From: an uncultured delta proteobacterium
GTDB taxonomy: Bacteria > Desulfobacterota > Binatia > UBA9968
DNA: 64,000 bases
Direction: 5' to 3'
Assembly (NCBI GenBank): GCA_963847445.1
Contig: CAWJZV010000046.1
Span: forward strand, 192,001-256,000
The notes beneath the pieces are model-generated. The model saw only the letters and a program-made list of their open reading frames with translations, was not told where the DNA came from and made no database searches. Both the position numbers and the translations under genes were made by a program. This document shows, in pieces, positions 21,263 through 31,162 of the stretch; position 1 is the first letter of the stretch; the number at the start of each line of letters is the position of its first letter.

Positions 21263-21340
21263 CGGGTTTTTCCTAGATCGAGTGGCATTCTTCAAAGCCA
21301 TTTTAGCACATCCTGTGTGAATCGGAGTTGCGGATTGAGA

Positions 21341-21376
21341 GTTCAAGCCGTTCAAAATGTTCAAATCGTTCAAGCC
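21341..21376. repeat. GTTCAA-unit short tandem repeat
   Basis: gttcaagccgttcaaaatgttcaaatcgttcaagcc; same family at 27593-27628, 48518-48612 and 54112-54170. Confidence 0.65.
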
Positions 21377-21787
21377 GGTCGATTCGGGCATGACCCGGAG
21401 CACCGCTAAGTGCGAAGTGCTTCTGTCAATTTTTCGACAGAGCGCGGAAATAGCCGCGCAAATCTCATGTATGAAAACTAGAGCCAGCCGATGTCGGCAG
21501 TCGTCACTCTCCCTTGGGATTTTTAAGACGCCGGCGCTTCGCTATCGTCTCTCGTGAAAAATTTCTCGCGGTAGTGCAACATGGACGGATAGAATTGTCA
21601 TCGGCACTCCGTTTAGATGCCGCGGTCTCGCGATTGGGTGCGAAGTTTAAGGTCTTTCGTTCGCCAGCACGACAGGATCGAAGCGTAACAATTCGGCGAG
21701 CGACCATGGCTGAAACGGACAGCGGTGCTAGCGAGCGCAGACCAAGAGGCGTCCACGCACTCATGATAGCGAGGGAACCCTATTCCA

Positions 21788-22840
21788 TCACCTCTCGATT
21801 ACTTGTAATCCGTGGCCGTCGGGGTCGCGCGTCAGAAAGCCCTTTGCGAAGCCTAGGCTTTTCTCCGGCAACTGCGCAACGCTCGGCGAAACCAAGCGGC
21901 GCTTCGCTAAGCGCAATTTTTCTGCGGCGTTGGCCGCGTTGTCAGTCGTCAGAGTGGTCTGCCAGTGCCAAAGATCGTTGGCCCGGGTGTCTTTCGGTGC
22001 GGGACGCCCGTCGCGCGGGGTCAAATATTCCAAGAATTCTATGCCGGGGCCGACGGCCGCCTTGAGCCCGCTGATATGTAAACGGGCACCGGCGACGTTG
22101 TTCAAATGCTCCTGTTCGGTGCCGTAGTTCGTGCTTTCGCCGGCGAGCTTCAGGCCGAGCAGGTCGCGATAGTATTTCAAACTGTTTTGCGTGCTCGACA
22201 CGACGATGGCGGTGTGGTCGATGCCGAGAAATAGTTTGTCGCCGCTGTTTTGCCAGCGCGGATCGCCCTTGCCGGCGGGAAAATAAATGATCTCCAGATT
22301 GTGCCCGTCGGGATCTTTGAAATAGAAAGCGCGAATGCCGGCGGCGGCTTTATTCGTCATTGGAATTGTCTGAGGTCCAGTTGACGCATGGCGGACTTTG
22401 TGATTGCGCAGCTGCTGGTAAGCCTTGTCCATATCCTTGACGACAATCGCGATATGCTGAAACCAATGATCGTGGCTGCGCCAGTCGGCTGGAATCGGCC
22501 GCCCTTCCGGCGCTAAATACTGAGTCAGCTCAATCATTTCAGCGCCGAGCTTCATGCGTGCCACGCGCATGCGCAGACCGAATACTCCCTGCAATTTCTC
22601 ATACTCGCTGCCATGGACTTCAACGTCGCTGATCTTTTCGAAGTTCAAAACTTTGGAGAAGAATTCTAGTGAACGATCGATATCTGATACAGTCATGCCG
22701 ACAGCGTCGACCGACTTCGCTAGCTGCGCTAGCGAATCGGCAGTAAAAAGGAAAAAGTAAAAAGGTAAAAATAAAAATAGGCAGACAAACTGTGGCGATC
22801 TGCTTTGTCTGTTCGGAATTCTTAATTTTGCCTTTTGCAT
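21788..22840 (-). CDS. Two-domain VOC/glyoxalase family protein with N-terminal signal peptide
   Basis: VGMTVSDIDRSLEFF, WFQHIAIVV, FYFKDPDGHNLE, GIDHTAIVV and RDPDGHGL. Confidence 0.85.
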   Translation of the reverse strand: MQKAKLRIPNRQSRSPQFVCLFLFLPFYFFLFTADSLAQLAKSVDAVGMTVSDIDRSLEFFSKVLNFEKISDVEVHGSEYEKLQGVFGLRMRVARMKLGAEMIELTQYLAPEGRPIPADWRSHDHWFQHIAIVVKDMDKAYQQLRNHKVRHASTGPQTIPMTNKAAAGIRAFYFKDPDGHNLEIIYFPAGKGDPRWQNSGDKLFLGIDHTAIVVSSTQNSLKYYRDLLGLKLAGESTNYGTEQEHLNNVAGARLHISGLKAAVGPGIEFLEYLTPRDGRPAPKDTRANDLWHWQTTLTTDNAANAAEKLRLAKRRLVSPSVAQLPEKSLGFAKGFLTRDPDGHGLQVIER

Positions 22841-22856
22841 TTTACCTTTTGCCTTT

Positions 22857-24429
22857 TTACTTAAGTCGTTCGATCAGGTGCTCGCCGACTCGCAGCGCGT
22901 TCGCCATGATCGTCAGCGCCGGATTGACCGCGCCGCTGGAGACGAAGAAGCTGCCGTCGACGACGTAGAGATTGTCCAATTCGTGGGCCTTGCAGTTGGC
23001 GTCGAGTGCGCTCGTCTTGGGATCGTTGCCGAATCGCACAGTACCGACTTGATGGGCGACGCCGGCGAGGGGGATGCGCTGGCCGGCGAACAGGTTACGC
23101 GAAAACAAACCTTCGTGGCAGTCGTGGCCGTGCACGCCGCACTTGGTTTGCTGCTGCATCAGATCTTTGAGTTTAGCGATCAGCCGTTTGTGGCCTTCCT
23201 GGTTATTCGGCGTGTAACTCAGGACAATGCGGCCTTGGCTATCGAGGGTCACTCGGTTATTGGGGTCGGGGAGATCTTCGGAAGTCAGCCAGAAGTCGAG
23301 GGAGTGCTTTGCCATTAAGTCTAAACTCCAACCTGGCGCAATCGCCGGGGCGCCGGCCCTGAGCGTCGCGCCGTCGAGCTTGCCGACAAACGAGATGTGG
23401 CCCATCGGATAATTCCAACCGGCGGCGCCAAAGTAAAAGTCGTTGATCGAAAGCGATTTCTGAAAGATCGTCGGGTTGGGACATTTCGACAGCGCCATTA
23501 TTACTGAATTGATATGGCCCATGTAGTGGCGGCCGACGGTATCCGAGCCGTTGGCCAAGCCGCGCGGGTGTCTGGTCGTTTCTCGAGCGCAGTAGCAACG
23601 CCGCCGAGTTGATCGCGCCGCAGGCCGAGACGACGATGTCGGCGGACAGTTCTTCGTTGCTGCCGTTGTGATTGACGATGACTTTCGACACGCGCCGGCC
23701 CGAGGCGTCGGTTGCCAATTTATCAACGTAGGCATTGGTCATGAGCGAGACATTTTCATGTTCGAGTGCCGGATCGACGGCGCAAACTTGTGCGTCCGCT
23801 TTTGCATAGACCAAGCAGGGGAAGCCGTCACAGGTCTCGCAGCGGATGCACTTACTGGCGCACGGATTCTTTTCATCCAACATCACACCCAACGGTGTGT
23901 GAAAAGGACGCAGCCCGAGCCGCGCCAAGTCATCGGACAACTGCTGAATGCGCGGCTCATGGCTGACCGGGGGTTGGGGGTAGGGGCGGGATGCCGGCGG
24001 TTCCGTGGGATCTTCGTTGCGTTGGCCGTGAACGTGATATAGCGCTTCAGCCTCGCTGTAATAGGGCTCCATGTCATCGTAAGAAATCGGCCACGCCGGC
24101 GAAATGCCACCGTGGTGCTTGATCTCGCCAAAGTCCTCCTTGCGCAGGCGAAATAGCGCCGCACCGAAAAACTTGGTATTGCCGCCGACGTAATAATTGA
24201 TATGCGGATGAAGTTCTTTGCCGTCCTTGTCGAACCATTTTTCTTTGGTTTGATACTTGCCGTCGAGATTGACCGCCTTGGGACTCCAGTTGTCCTTTTC
24301 CCGCGGCACGTAATCGCCCCGTTCGACGATCAATATGCGTTTCCCCGACGGCGCCAGCTTGTGCGCTAGCGTGCCGCCGCCAGCGCCGCTGCCGATGATG
24401 ATCACGTCGTAATGGTTTTGATCTGGCAT
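22857..24429 (-). CDS. GMC family oxidoreductase (frameshift near 23580)
   Basis: IIGSGAGGG, VGGNTKFFGA, CIRCETCDGFPC, AHQVGTVRFG (His) and GAVNPALT (Asn). Confidence 0.9.
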
Positions 24430-24593
24430 GTTTAGCTCCGTAATATAAAAGCGCCGGACGGATGCGATGTTTTGGCTTGGTCATTGCTAAATGCTGGGGT
24501 GGTTCGATTCGATGGGTACAATTTGAAATAAATTTGCCTCACTTAATTGGAAGATGCACCACAGAGAACACCGAGAACCCAGAGCATTTCTTT

Positions 24594-25070
24594 TCAAGAC
24601 AACGGCGCCAGGCCGAAATTGACGCCGAAGCGAGCGCACCAGATCGTGACGCTCTTAAACTTGGCCAAGTCCACGTCGGCTGGGATGTCGTAGTTCTGGT
24701 CGCCTTTGTTGCCTTTCATCGAGCCCAGGTCGACGAAGCCGACGGCTTTGATGGCGTCACTGCCTTTTCCGACCTCGGCAGCGGTTAAATAGACATGAAC
24801 GTCGGGACCGTTGGAGGTTTCGAACTCGGTCAGCCGCAGCGTCTGTTTGCCGTCGGCGAGCTTGTAGATGGTCGCCAAACCTTTGGTTTCATGGGCCAGG
24901 CTCTTGAAGTTGCCCCTTGCCAGAGACATGGGCCCCGAAGCGAACTGGCCTCCAGCGGGAAATTGTTCATTGACGTGTTTGTTGACGAATAGCAGCTCGG
25001 GGCGGAAGGCGTACCAGGCGATGGCCAATGCGGCGATGCCGGCGCCGATGACGATATTGCGCTTATTCAT
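24594..25070 (-). CDS. DM13 domain-containing membrane-anchored protein
   Basis: N-terminal TM helix, FETSNGPDVHVYL, LGSMKGNKGDQNY and IWCARFGVNFG; GGAGG RBS. Confidence 0.88.
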   Translation of the reverse strand: MNKRNIVIGAGIAALAIAWYAFRPELLFVNKHVNEQFPAGGQFASGPMSLARGNFKSLAHETKGLATIYKLADGKQTLRLTEFETSNGPDVHVYLTAAEVGKGSDAIKAVGFVDLGSMKGNKGDQNYDIPADVDLAKFKSVTIWCARFGVNFGLAPLS

Positions 25071-25344
25071 GAGTTCCTCCTGCAATAAACCTTCAGCAAT
25101 TTTAAAGTCTGCGTCATATAACGGATCGTGTCTCAGCCGCGGTCTCGATACGATTTGGCTTGTTAGATGTGGGATGAAGCGGAAAGGATGCGCTAACGGC
25201 CCGAACGGTTCAACGCGTTACAAGCCGCCCAGACAGTCGAGCGAGCCGGGTGCATGTGTCGTAGAGTCTCATGTGTCCTTGCGCCGGATGAGTGGTCACC
25301 ATAGAATTTGATCATTCGCTTGGGTATTGGTTAGCGCGAGCACT

Positions 25345-25941
25345 ATGAACATCATCTTCGATCTTGGCGGAGTCGTCGTGCGCTGGGAGCCGGAGGCGCT
25401 GCTGGCGCAGACCTTCGACGACCCTGCCGTATGCAGAGTTGTTCATTCCGAGTTCATCGGCCATGCCGACTGGCTTGAACTTGACCGTGGCACGATGCCG
25501 CCGGCGGAAGCGATCATGCGAGCCGCGCGGCGCACCGGACTCTCCGAGCCGGAGGTGCGTCGCTTTCTAACCAGCGTGCCCCCGGCATTGGTTCCCATTG
25601 CCGGCACGGTGGAACTACTCTACCGATTGAAAGCCCAGGGCCACTCGCTCTACTGCCTGTCGAACATGCATTTTGCATCCATCGAGTATCTCGAACGGTC
25701 GTATGCGTTTTGGGAGGTCTTCAGCGGCAAGGTGATTTCCTGCCGCGTCCGCCTATGTAAGCCCGAAGCGAAAATCTACGCGCACTTGCTGGAGACTTTC
25801 CAACTGGAGCCGGCGGAAACTGTTTTTGTCGACGATATCGAAGTCAATCTAGCCGCCGCACGCCAATTCGGCATTCGGACGATCCGGTTCGAGAGTTCAG
25901 CCCAATGCGCTGGCGAACTCAGGGCGTTAGGTTGTATTTAA
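25345..25941 (+). CDS. HAD family phosphatase
   Basis: IIFDLGGV, LSN, KPEAKIY and FVDD. Confidence 0.88.
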   Translation: MNIIFDLGGVVVRWEPEALLAQTFDDPAVCRVVHSEFIGHADWLELDRGTMPPAEAIMRAARRTGLSEPEVRRFLTSVPPALVPIAGTVELLYRLKAQGHSLYCLSNMHFASIEYLERSYAFWEVFSGKVISCRVRLCKPEAKIYAHLLETFQLEPAETVFVDDIEVNLAAARQFGIRTIRFESSAQCAGELRALGCI

Positions 25942-25979
25942 GGATTCTGCCATCAACGTAGGGAAAGGAGCCTTTAGCT

Positions 25980-26373
25980 ATGCCACGAAACATCATCATG
26001 GCCGCTTCGCTGCCGGCGACTCCAGATAAACTTTTCGACATGTATCTCGATGCCGAGGCGCACGCGGCGTTTACTGGGATGCCAGTGACTTTGGAGCCAC
26101 AGCCCGGGCGGCGTGTTTCGTGCCTTCGACGGCATGATTTCAGGCACTATCCTGCACGTTCTGCCGCAGTCGTTGATCGTGCAGACCTGGCGCTCGGCGA
26201 GTTGGCCGCTGACGGCGATGGACTCGGTGCTGACGTTGTCATTCTGGCCGGCGGAAGACGGTGCGCGGATTGAGTTGGTCCACGTCAACGTTGACGATGA
26301 AGACTTCGCCGGCGTCAGCCAGGGTTGGGAGAAGTATTACTGGACGCCTTGGCGGGCTTATTTGACCAAGTAG
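25980..26373 (+). CDS. SRPBCC/AHSA1 domain protein (frameshift near 26110)
   Basis: FRAFDGMISG, IVQTWR and GWEKYYWTPW. Confidence 0.8.
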
Positions 26374-26419
26374 ATTCGGCGCTAGGTTCTCACTCCATTG
26401 ATTGTTAACTTCTTCACAA

Positions 26420-26730
26420 GCGGCTACCGGCGTGTTGGTGACCTCCTTTGTCGCGCCGGCTTGTCCGCAGCGCCATCAGTTCGTCAGCACGCATTCTGTC
26501 GTGATGACGATCCAGCATGGCCTCAAGATCGTCACCTTCACGCTTTTGGGATCGCCTTCGGTCCCTACATCGCGCATTTGATTGGGCTGGTCACCTTTTG
26601 CTTCATCGGCAGCTATGCCGGCACGCTTTTGTTCAACCGCTAACCAGCGCGGAGTTTTCGCGTGGCCCTGAAAGCGACGCTAACCGTGCCGGCGTTGCAG
26701 CTGCTATATTCGGCCTTGCGCGAAACTCTC
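26420..26730 (+). pseudogene. Sulfite exporter TauE/SafE (TSUP) family remnant
   Basis: Joined frames read ATGVLVTSFV..RHQFVSTHSVVMTIQHGLKIVTF..GIAFGPY..GSYAGTLLFNR*PARSFRVALK; the N-terminal half is missing and there is an internal TAA at 26641. Confidence 0.6.
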
Positions 26731-26785
26731 AGATCATCGCCTGGTGGTTTGAAATCGCTAGATCCCAATTGTTTCGCAATTCTAG

Positions 26786-27514
26786 TTAGCGCATTCCCGA
26801 GTAGCTGTTCACCGTCGCGTGCAAATTGCGGGCGAAGTCGGTGGCGGCCTGGGTGCTGAGGCTGAACGCCGTGCGGGCATATTCTTTGACAGCGAGGACG
26901 GCTGCGAGCGGCATGGATTTGAAATGGTCGACCAGACGATTGACGCCGGCGTCCAATTCGCTATGGGCGACGACATCGCTGACCAGCGCGTAGGTGAGCG
27001 CTTTGTCGGCGTCGATTTCTTGCGCCGAGTAGATCATGAAGGTGGCCGCCTTGCGCGGCATGCGGTCGACGAGAGCGGAGAAGGCGATGGTCGGCATGAT
27101 TTTATGCGCGGTTTCCGGAAACGAGAAACGCGCCTTATCGCTGGCGATGGTGATGTCGCACAGCGCCGCGAGGGCGCAGCCGAGTCCAACGGCTCGGCCC
27201 TGGACGACGCCGACGATCGGCACTTTGGCGTTGCGAAAGGCGCCGTAGAGATTGAAGATCGTCTCGCTGCGCTCGCGCACGGCGTAGGCTTCCGGACCGG
27301 GAGTCGGCGGCGCCACACCCATGGAGTCGCGGCCCAAGCAGAAATCATCGCCGGCGCCTTTGAAAATAATCAGCCGCGAGGACTTGGCCGCGTCGTCGAA
27401 CATCTGGGTCACCTGCGCCCAGGTGGCGTCGCTCTGGCGGTTGCCGACTTCCGGTCGATTCAACATGATGGTCGTGATGTCATTTTCTTTGGTTACGAGT
27501 ACGGGATCAGCCAT
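26786..27514 (-). CDS. Enoyl-CoA hydratase/isomerase (crotonase) family protein
   Basis: LNRPEVGN, DFCLGRD, GRAVGLGCALAALCDI and FSFPE. Confidence 0.88.
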   Translation of the reverse strand: MADPVLVTKENDITTIMLNRPEVGNRQSDATWAQVTQMFDDAAKSSRLIIFKGAGDDFCLGRDSMGVAPPTPGPEAYAVRERSETIFNLYGAFRNAKVPIVGVVQGRAVGLGCALAALCDITIASDKARFSFPETAHKIMPTIAFSALVDRMPRKAATFMIYSAQEIDADKALTYALVSDVVAHSELDAGVNRLVDHFKSMPLAAVLAVKEYARTAFSLSTQAATDFARNLHATVNSYSGMR

Positions 27515-27735
27515 GGTTCTTCCTCCAATGTTTGGTCGGCTCACTTTAGGGGAGGCGTGGCGCAGCTGTCAACGGCTTCAACTGCGCTGCGCGTTCCAGT
27601 CGTTCCATGGGTTCCAAACGTTCCAAGTGTTTACATCGCTGATGATTTGCCAATACGCGACCCTTTCATCTTGCGAAGAAATTGTTTTCAAAATAGAGTC
27701 TCGGCCATTGAATATACCAACCGTTGGAGGGTGTT

Positions 27736-28140
27736 ATGGCTGAACAAACTTTGCAGGGAAGTTGTTTGTGCAAATCAGTGCGCTACGAAGTGACCACGCC
27801 GTTCATGCGCTTCGGCCACTGCTATTGCTCGCGCTGCCGCAAGGCGACGGGCGGGGTGCGCTCGACTAATATTGCCGTGCCGATCGCGCAGTTTCGCTGG
27901 ACTCAGGGTGAAAGCTTGATTAAGCGATTCGACCTGCCCGAAGCGAAAAGTTTCGCCCGGCAAATTTGCAGTAACTGCAATTGTCCGATCCCGCACGCGT
28001 CGCGTGACGGCACGCGGGCTCTCGTTCCTGCCGGCACGCTCGACGATGTCCCGCCGGGCAAACCTTCGGTGCACGGGCACTGGAGCAGCCGGGTCAGTTT
28101 CGTCGCGAACAACGAGTCGGATTTGCCGTGCGAAAATTAG
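27736..28140 (+). CDS. GFA (glutathione-dependent formaldehyde-activating) family protein
   Basis: GSCLC, HCYCSRCRK and CSNC zinc motifs; GGAGG RBS. Confidence 0.88.
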   Translation: MAEQTLQGSCLCKSVRYEVTTPFMRFGHCYCSRCRKATGGVRSTNIAVPIAQFRWTQGESLIKRFDLPEAKSFARQICSNCNCPIPHASRDGTRALVPAGTLDDVPPGKPSVHGHWSSRVSFVANNESDLPCEN

Positions 28141-28141
28141 C

Positions 28142-28441
28142 ATGTTGACGACGGCGGTAGGGCGGCTGCGCGCGGTGGGGATGGTCGAAGCGGTTTCCTT
28201 TCTTCTGCTGCTGGGCGTGGCGATGCCGCTCAAGTATTTCGCCGGCCTGCCGCTGGCGGTGAAGATCGCCGGCTGGATTCATGGATTGCTTTTCATCGCT
28301 TTCGGCGTGTGCTTGCTGGTGGCCCATGGCGAACGCCGGTGGCCGATGCGCTGGACCGCATTGGTTTTTGTCGCGGCGCTATTGCCGTTCGGGCCGTTTG
28401 TCATCGACCGGCGGCTCAAGATTGAACAATCGAAGCTTTAA
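28142..28441 (+). CDS. DUF3817 membrane protein
   Basis: EAVSFLLLLGVAMPLKY, GWIHGLLF and LPFGPF. Confidence 0.85.
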   Translation: MLTTAVGRLRAVGMVEAVSFLLLLGVAMPLKYFAGLPLAVKIAGWIHGLLFIAFGVCLLVAHGERRWPMRWTALVFVAALLPFGPFVIDRRLKIEQSKL

Positions 28442-28461
28442 ATTTAGCGCAAGGAGTAAAA

Positions 28462-28953
28462 ATGGCTGACGAAATGCAGGTGAATCGCGATATCGTTATC
28501 GAGGCCGACGCGGAGTCCATCGAGCGCATGCGCAAGGAAGGGCATGTGCGCGGCTTCACGGTTTTCTGCGACGAGCAACAACGCACCGGCGGCGACAACT
28601 CGGCGCCGTCGCCGATGGGCTATTTCGCACTTTCGGTGGCGTTTTGACTGCTCACCCAAGTTTCCCGGTACGGGGAAATGATGAAGGTGAAAGTCGACAA
28701 GATGAAGATCTATGTGACCACGCGTTTCCGCGCCGAAGGCTCGGTGCTGCGCGAGACCATCAAGTCGGGCGGTGTCGGCGTCGAGATGCGCAGTGAGATT
28801 TCATCCAGTGCGCCGGCGGATCGCGTTGCGGCGCTGATCCGCAACGCCGAAGCGGGTTGCTACATCATGCAGACGATTCTGAATCCGACGCCGGTGACAC
28901 GCCAGTTCACTTTCAACGGCGAGGCGTTCGATCCCGATAGTTACAAAAAATAA
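28462..28953 (+). CDS. OsmC-like protein, probable selenoprotein (in-frame UGA at 28645-28647)
   Basis: ORFs 28462-28647 and 28678-28953 are in the same frame: DEQQRTGGDNSAPSPMGYFALSVAF-U-LLTQVSRYG ... AEAGCYIMQTI. The UGA sits at the first conserved OsmC Cys position. Confidence 0.82.
28648..28680 (+). promoter_or_regulatory. Putative bacterial SECIS element
   Basis: Stem TTTCCC (28661-28666)/GGGAAA (28673-28678) with a G-initiated loop GGTACG, 19 nt after the UGA. Confidence 0.65.
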
Positions 28954-28980
28954 TCATTCGCCGGCAACCGTAGAACCACG

Positions 28981-29012
28981 TCAAAGGCCCGCATCTGTGG
29001 GCCTTTGATTTT
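28981..29012. terminator. Rho-independent terminator between convergent genes
   Basis: tcaaaggcccgca-tc-tgtgggcctttga followed by tttt. Confidence 0.7.
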
Positions 29013-29035
29013 GCTGCCCTTCGCGGGATGAGAAC

Positions 29036-30149
29036 TCAATGCAGCAGCATATGCGCAACGACTTCGAAGGCGACGATTCCGAGGGTGACGACCGAGGCGG
29101 CGAGCACGAAGGTCGTGCGCCGCTTTTCCAAGGTCGTCATGGTTTTTAGCTGGGCTGGAACTTTGGCGTCAATCCTCAGCTTTCTGGCATGGGACAATGT
29201 GTAGAGATTGGCGATAGCGGCGAGTGTCGTGAGCGCGAGCACCGGCACGCGCAGCAGGCTTTGGTCGAGGAATGTCAGCAGGCCGGCTAGGCCGAACACG
29301 CTGCCGGCTCCTAACGCAACTGCCAATGGTCCGATCAGTGTGACCACGGCGCAGGGCGCGCCGAGGATGCCGAAGATGATCGCGCCGATGCTGGTCGCCT
29401 CTGGCTGGCGAATGCTCGGGTGGATCGCCGATCAAGCGCGTCGCGTTATCGCCGAGCAGACGATAGGCGGAAACCGGATCGCGAAAACCCTTGAGCATGA
29501 CTTGTTCGGAAGTTGCCGCGGCGAAGTTCGCGGCGTGCTTTCGATAACTTTCCTCGCTGATGAGCACTTCGCCGGCGCTGGCTTTGCTTTGCAGGCGCGC
29601 CGCCAGATTGACCACGTCGCCGATCGCCGTGTAGTCCTTCGAGTCGTCGGAACCCAAGCGGCCGACGCGAGCAAAACCGGTGGCGATGCCGATGGAGGCC
29701 TTCAGGTTTAAGCCAAAATTCGCTCCGAGAGTTTTTAGCGCCATGCTCAATTCGGTCGCCGCGGTGACCGCGCGCAGAGCATGGTCGTCGTGGCGGATCG
29801 GCACGTTGAACAGCGCCATGACCGCGTCGCCGACATATTTGTCGATGAACGCGCCATGCTTGACCAACACTTCGGTGGCCATGCGCAGAAACGCATCGAC
29901 GACTTCGTGGGTCTTCTCCGCGCCCAAATCTTGGGTCATCTCGGTGAACGACGACAGGTCGGCGAACAGCACGGTGATTTCCACCATTCTCCCTTCTTCG
30001 ACATGGGTGCTGCAGCGGGTGCAGATGTTTGGATTGCGCGGGCTCCGTTTGATGCCGAAGGTGCGGTAGACGGCGCTCAGCGCACCGGACAGCATGGTGC
30101 CGCAGACGCTGCATTGTGCCGCCAGTTGCGGGCGCGAATGAACATGCAT
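29036..30149 (-). CDS. Class III adenylate cyclase with N-terminal Cys motif and C-terminal membrane domain (frameshift near 29400)
   Basis: CSVCG...NICTRC; LFADLSSFT, IDKYVGDAVMA and YTAIGDVVNLAARLQ; continues into three hydrophobic helices (ORF 29036-29347). Confidence 0.82.
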
Positions 30150-30248
30150 AGGAGAAGAAGTAACGTAGGGTTAGCAACGCTGTCAATGTGATTGCTTCGC
30201 GTGCCGTTTACGGGAATAATGCGGCGACTCTCAGGAGGATTTATTTAC

Positions 30249-30601
30249 ATGTCGGATCACTTATCATGACGAGAACGATTTGAAGTTGATGCGCGAGATG
30301 CGCAAGCTGGCGCCGGACGATTTCAACGCCTGGCTCGGCCTCGAGAAAACTGTCGGGCGCGATAACGGCGCGATTCCCGCGTAAGTACCGCGAGTTGATC
30401 GCCATCGCCGTGTCGGCGACGACCCAGTGTCCGTACTGCATGGAAGCCCACGCCAAGGCGGCCCACGCCGCTGGCGCGACGCGGGAAGAAGTTGTCGAAG
30501 CGTCTTTTATCGCTGCGGCGCTGCGCGCCGGCGCGGCAGCAACCCACGGCACCATGGCGCTCAAGTTTTTCGACAAGCAGGCGGAGCAGAAGAAGGAATA
30601 G
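30249..30601 (+). CDS. AhpD/carboxymuconolactone decarboxylase family protein (frameshifted)
   Basis: KYRELIAIAVSATTQCPYCMEAH (CxxC..H); AGGAGG RBS upstream of 30249. Confidence 0.85.
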
Positions 30602-30607
30602 GCCGTC

Positions 30608-31087
30608 GTGTGGGGTGCGTAACTTGAAGCAGCAGTTCTCCGCTTACTCGCCGCGCGCGTTATTACTATGCCGTTATTTTCATGCTCCGGAACCAGGCCG
30701 GCGAATTTGGGGGTCAAAGACGGCCAGTTGTCCGCCTGTCCGGCGTCGCCCAATTGCGTGTCGAGCGATGCGCGCCGATGACTGCTCATCGGTGTGCCGC
30801 CGTTTCAGCTTGATTGTGCCGCCGGACGATGGTTGGCGCGCGGTTCGAACGGCTATCGACGGACTACCGCGCACGAAGATCGATCAGTTCGACGGACGAT
30901 TATCTCCACGCCGAGTGCAGCAGCGCGGTGTTTGGCTTCGTCGACGATCTCGAATTGCACTTGCGGCCGGCGGAGAAGCTGATCGCGGTGCGTTCGGCCG
31001 TCGCGCCTCGGTCACAGCGACTTCGGCGTCAATCGCAAGCGGGTGGAGAACTTCGCTCGCTGCTGATCAAGCAAGGCTGGTCGTTGA
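30608..31087 (+). CDS. DUF1499 domain protein (several frameshifts; boundaries approximate)
   Basis: NLGVKDGQLSACPASPNCVSS, YLHAECSSAVFGFVDDLEL and SDFGVNRKRVE. Confidence 0.75.
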
Positions 31088-31162
31088 CGTCGAGACGCGA
31101 TGGAAACGTAAAGATCGATCAGTTGCGGCGCGAGCTTAAGGCTATCCAATTTGAGTCCTGAC

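Noticed and set aside
21504-21764. 86-aa minus-strand ORF between VOC and GH63
   Set aside because: No recognisable motif or clear RBS; cannot be supported from sequence alone.
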